Origin: a virus
DNA length: 64,000 nt
Strand: one strand, 5' to 3'
IMG/VR virus record: IMGVR_UViG_3300032322_001107
Coordinates: 8,850 to 72,849 of that record
Numbering within the stretch: position 1 is the first letter of the stretch; every line of letters starts with the position of its first letter. This document shows, piece after piece, positions 63,655-64,000 of the stretch. The notes below the pieces were generated by a model. It saw only the letters and a list, made by a program, of their open reading frames with translations. It did not search any database and had not been told where the DNA came from. The position numbers and the translations under genes were made by a program.

Positions 63655-64000
63655 ATGACTACAGTATACATCTGTGGGCCTATGCGCTCGCATCCAAACC
63701 TTAATCATCCTGCATTCTTTGAGGCCGAAGAGACCCTGCTGAAAGCGGGGCACAAGGTTATCAACCCTGCAAGGATGGATCAGGAGCTAGGGCTAGATCC
63801 CCACAATTCCCAAATGGACAGCAAGTTCATTGAGGACTGTGCCCGAAGGGACATTGATGCAGTCTTTGAATGCGACGAGTTGGTTCTTCTTCCCAAGTGG
63901 GAAAAATCCAAGGGAGCCAGAGCGGAGGTCGCCGTGGCCCAATGGCTAGAAAAACCCTTGCGTCTCTACCCATCTATGGTTAGATTAGACAAAGAAGATG
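63655..64000 (+). CDS. DUF4406 / nucleoside deoxyribosyltransferase-like protein (3' truncated)
   Basis: YICGPM...NHPAF...INPA...CDELVLLPKWEKSKGARAE. Confidence 0.85.
   Translation, partial: MTTVYICGPMRSHPNLNHPAFFEAEETLLKAGHKVINPARMDQELGLDPHNSQMDSKFIEDCARRDIDAVFECDELVLLPKWEKSKGARAEVAVAQWLEKPLRLYPSMVRLDKED

Noticed and set aside
1-64000. Stop-codon reassignment
   Set aside because: Genes tile densely in the standard code, and TAA, TAG and TGA all end recognisable genes.

Overview
This 64 kb window is most of a tailed dsDNA phage (Caudoviricetes) genome, probably podovirus-like, using the standard genetic code. It has no rRNA, no confident tRNA, no CRISPR array, no integrase and no reverse transcriptase. 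Layout: (+) 1-15.4 kb holds small basic proteins, a PD-(D/E)XK exonuclease, glycosyltransferase-like genes and putative internal virion proteins, including a 3077-aa polyvalent protein. (-) 15.4-25.8 kb holds a glycan-modification operon, DnaG primase and an early/host-takeover region (DUF932, GP88-like and a histone-fold-like protein). A structured, mostly non-coding region lies at about 25.8-27 kb. (-) 27-34.5 kb holds small genes, dCMP deaminase, RusA-like, HNH and a replication initiator. (+) 34.7-40.7 kb holds DnaB and HNH genes. A TerS-like gene diverges from TerL. After TerL come a fibre/tailspike block, portal, scaffold, major capsid protein and lysis genes. AC-rich leaders without SD sites and Asn/Thr-rich proteins suggest a Verrucomicrobia/PVC-type host (inference only). 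Most interesting: a bacterial-histone-like phage protein; fibre-like proteins with Sec signal peptides alongside about seven glycan-modifying enzymes; a C4/CI-like antisense RNA switch upstream of the replication initiator; a self-contained cassette resembling a type I toxin with SD-sequestering structure; a GTGACAAG motif marking early-gene boundaries; and a shared promoter-in-hairpin design before two homing endonucleases. All family assignments come from motif recognition by eye; no database searches were run.
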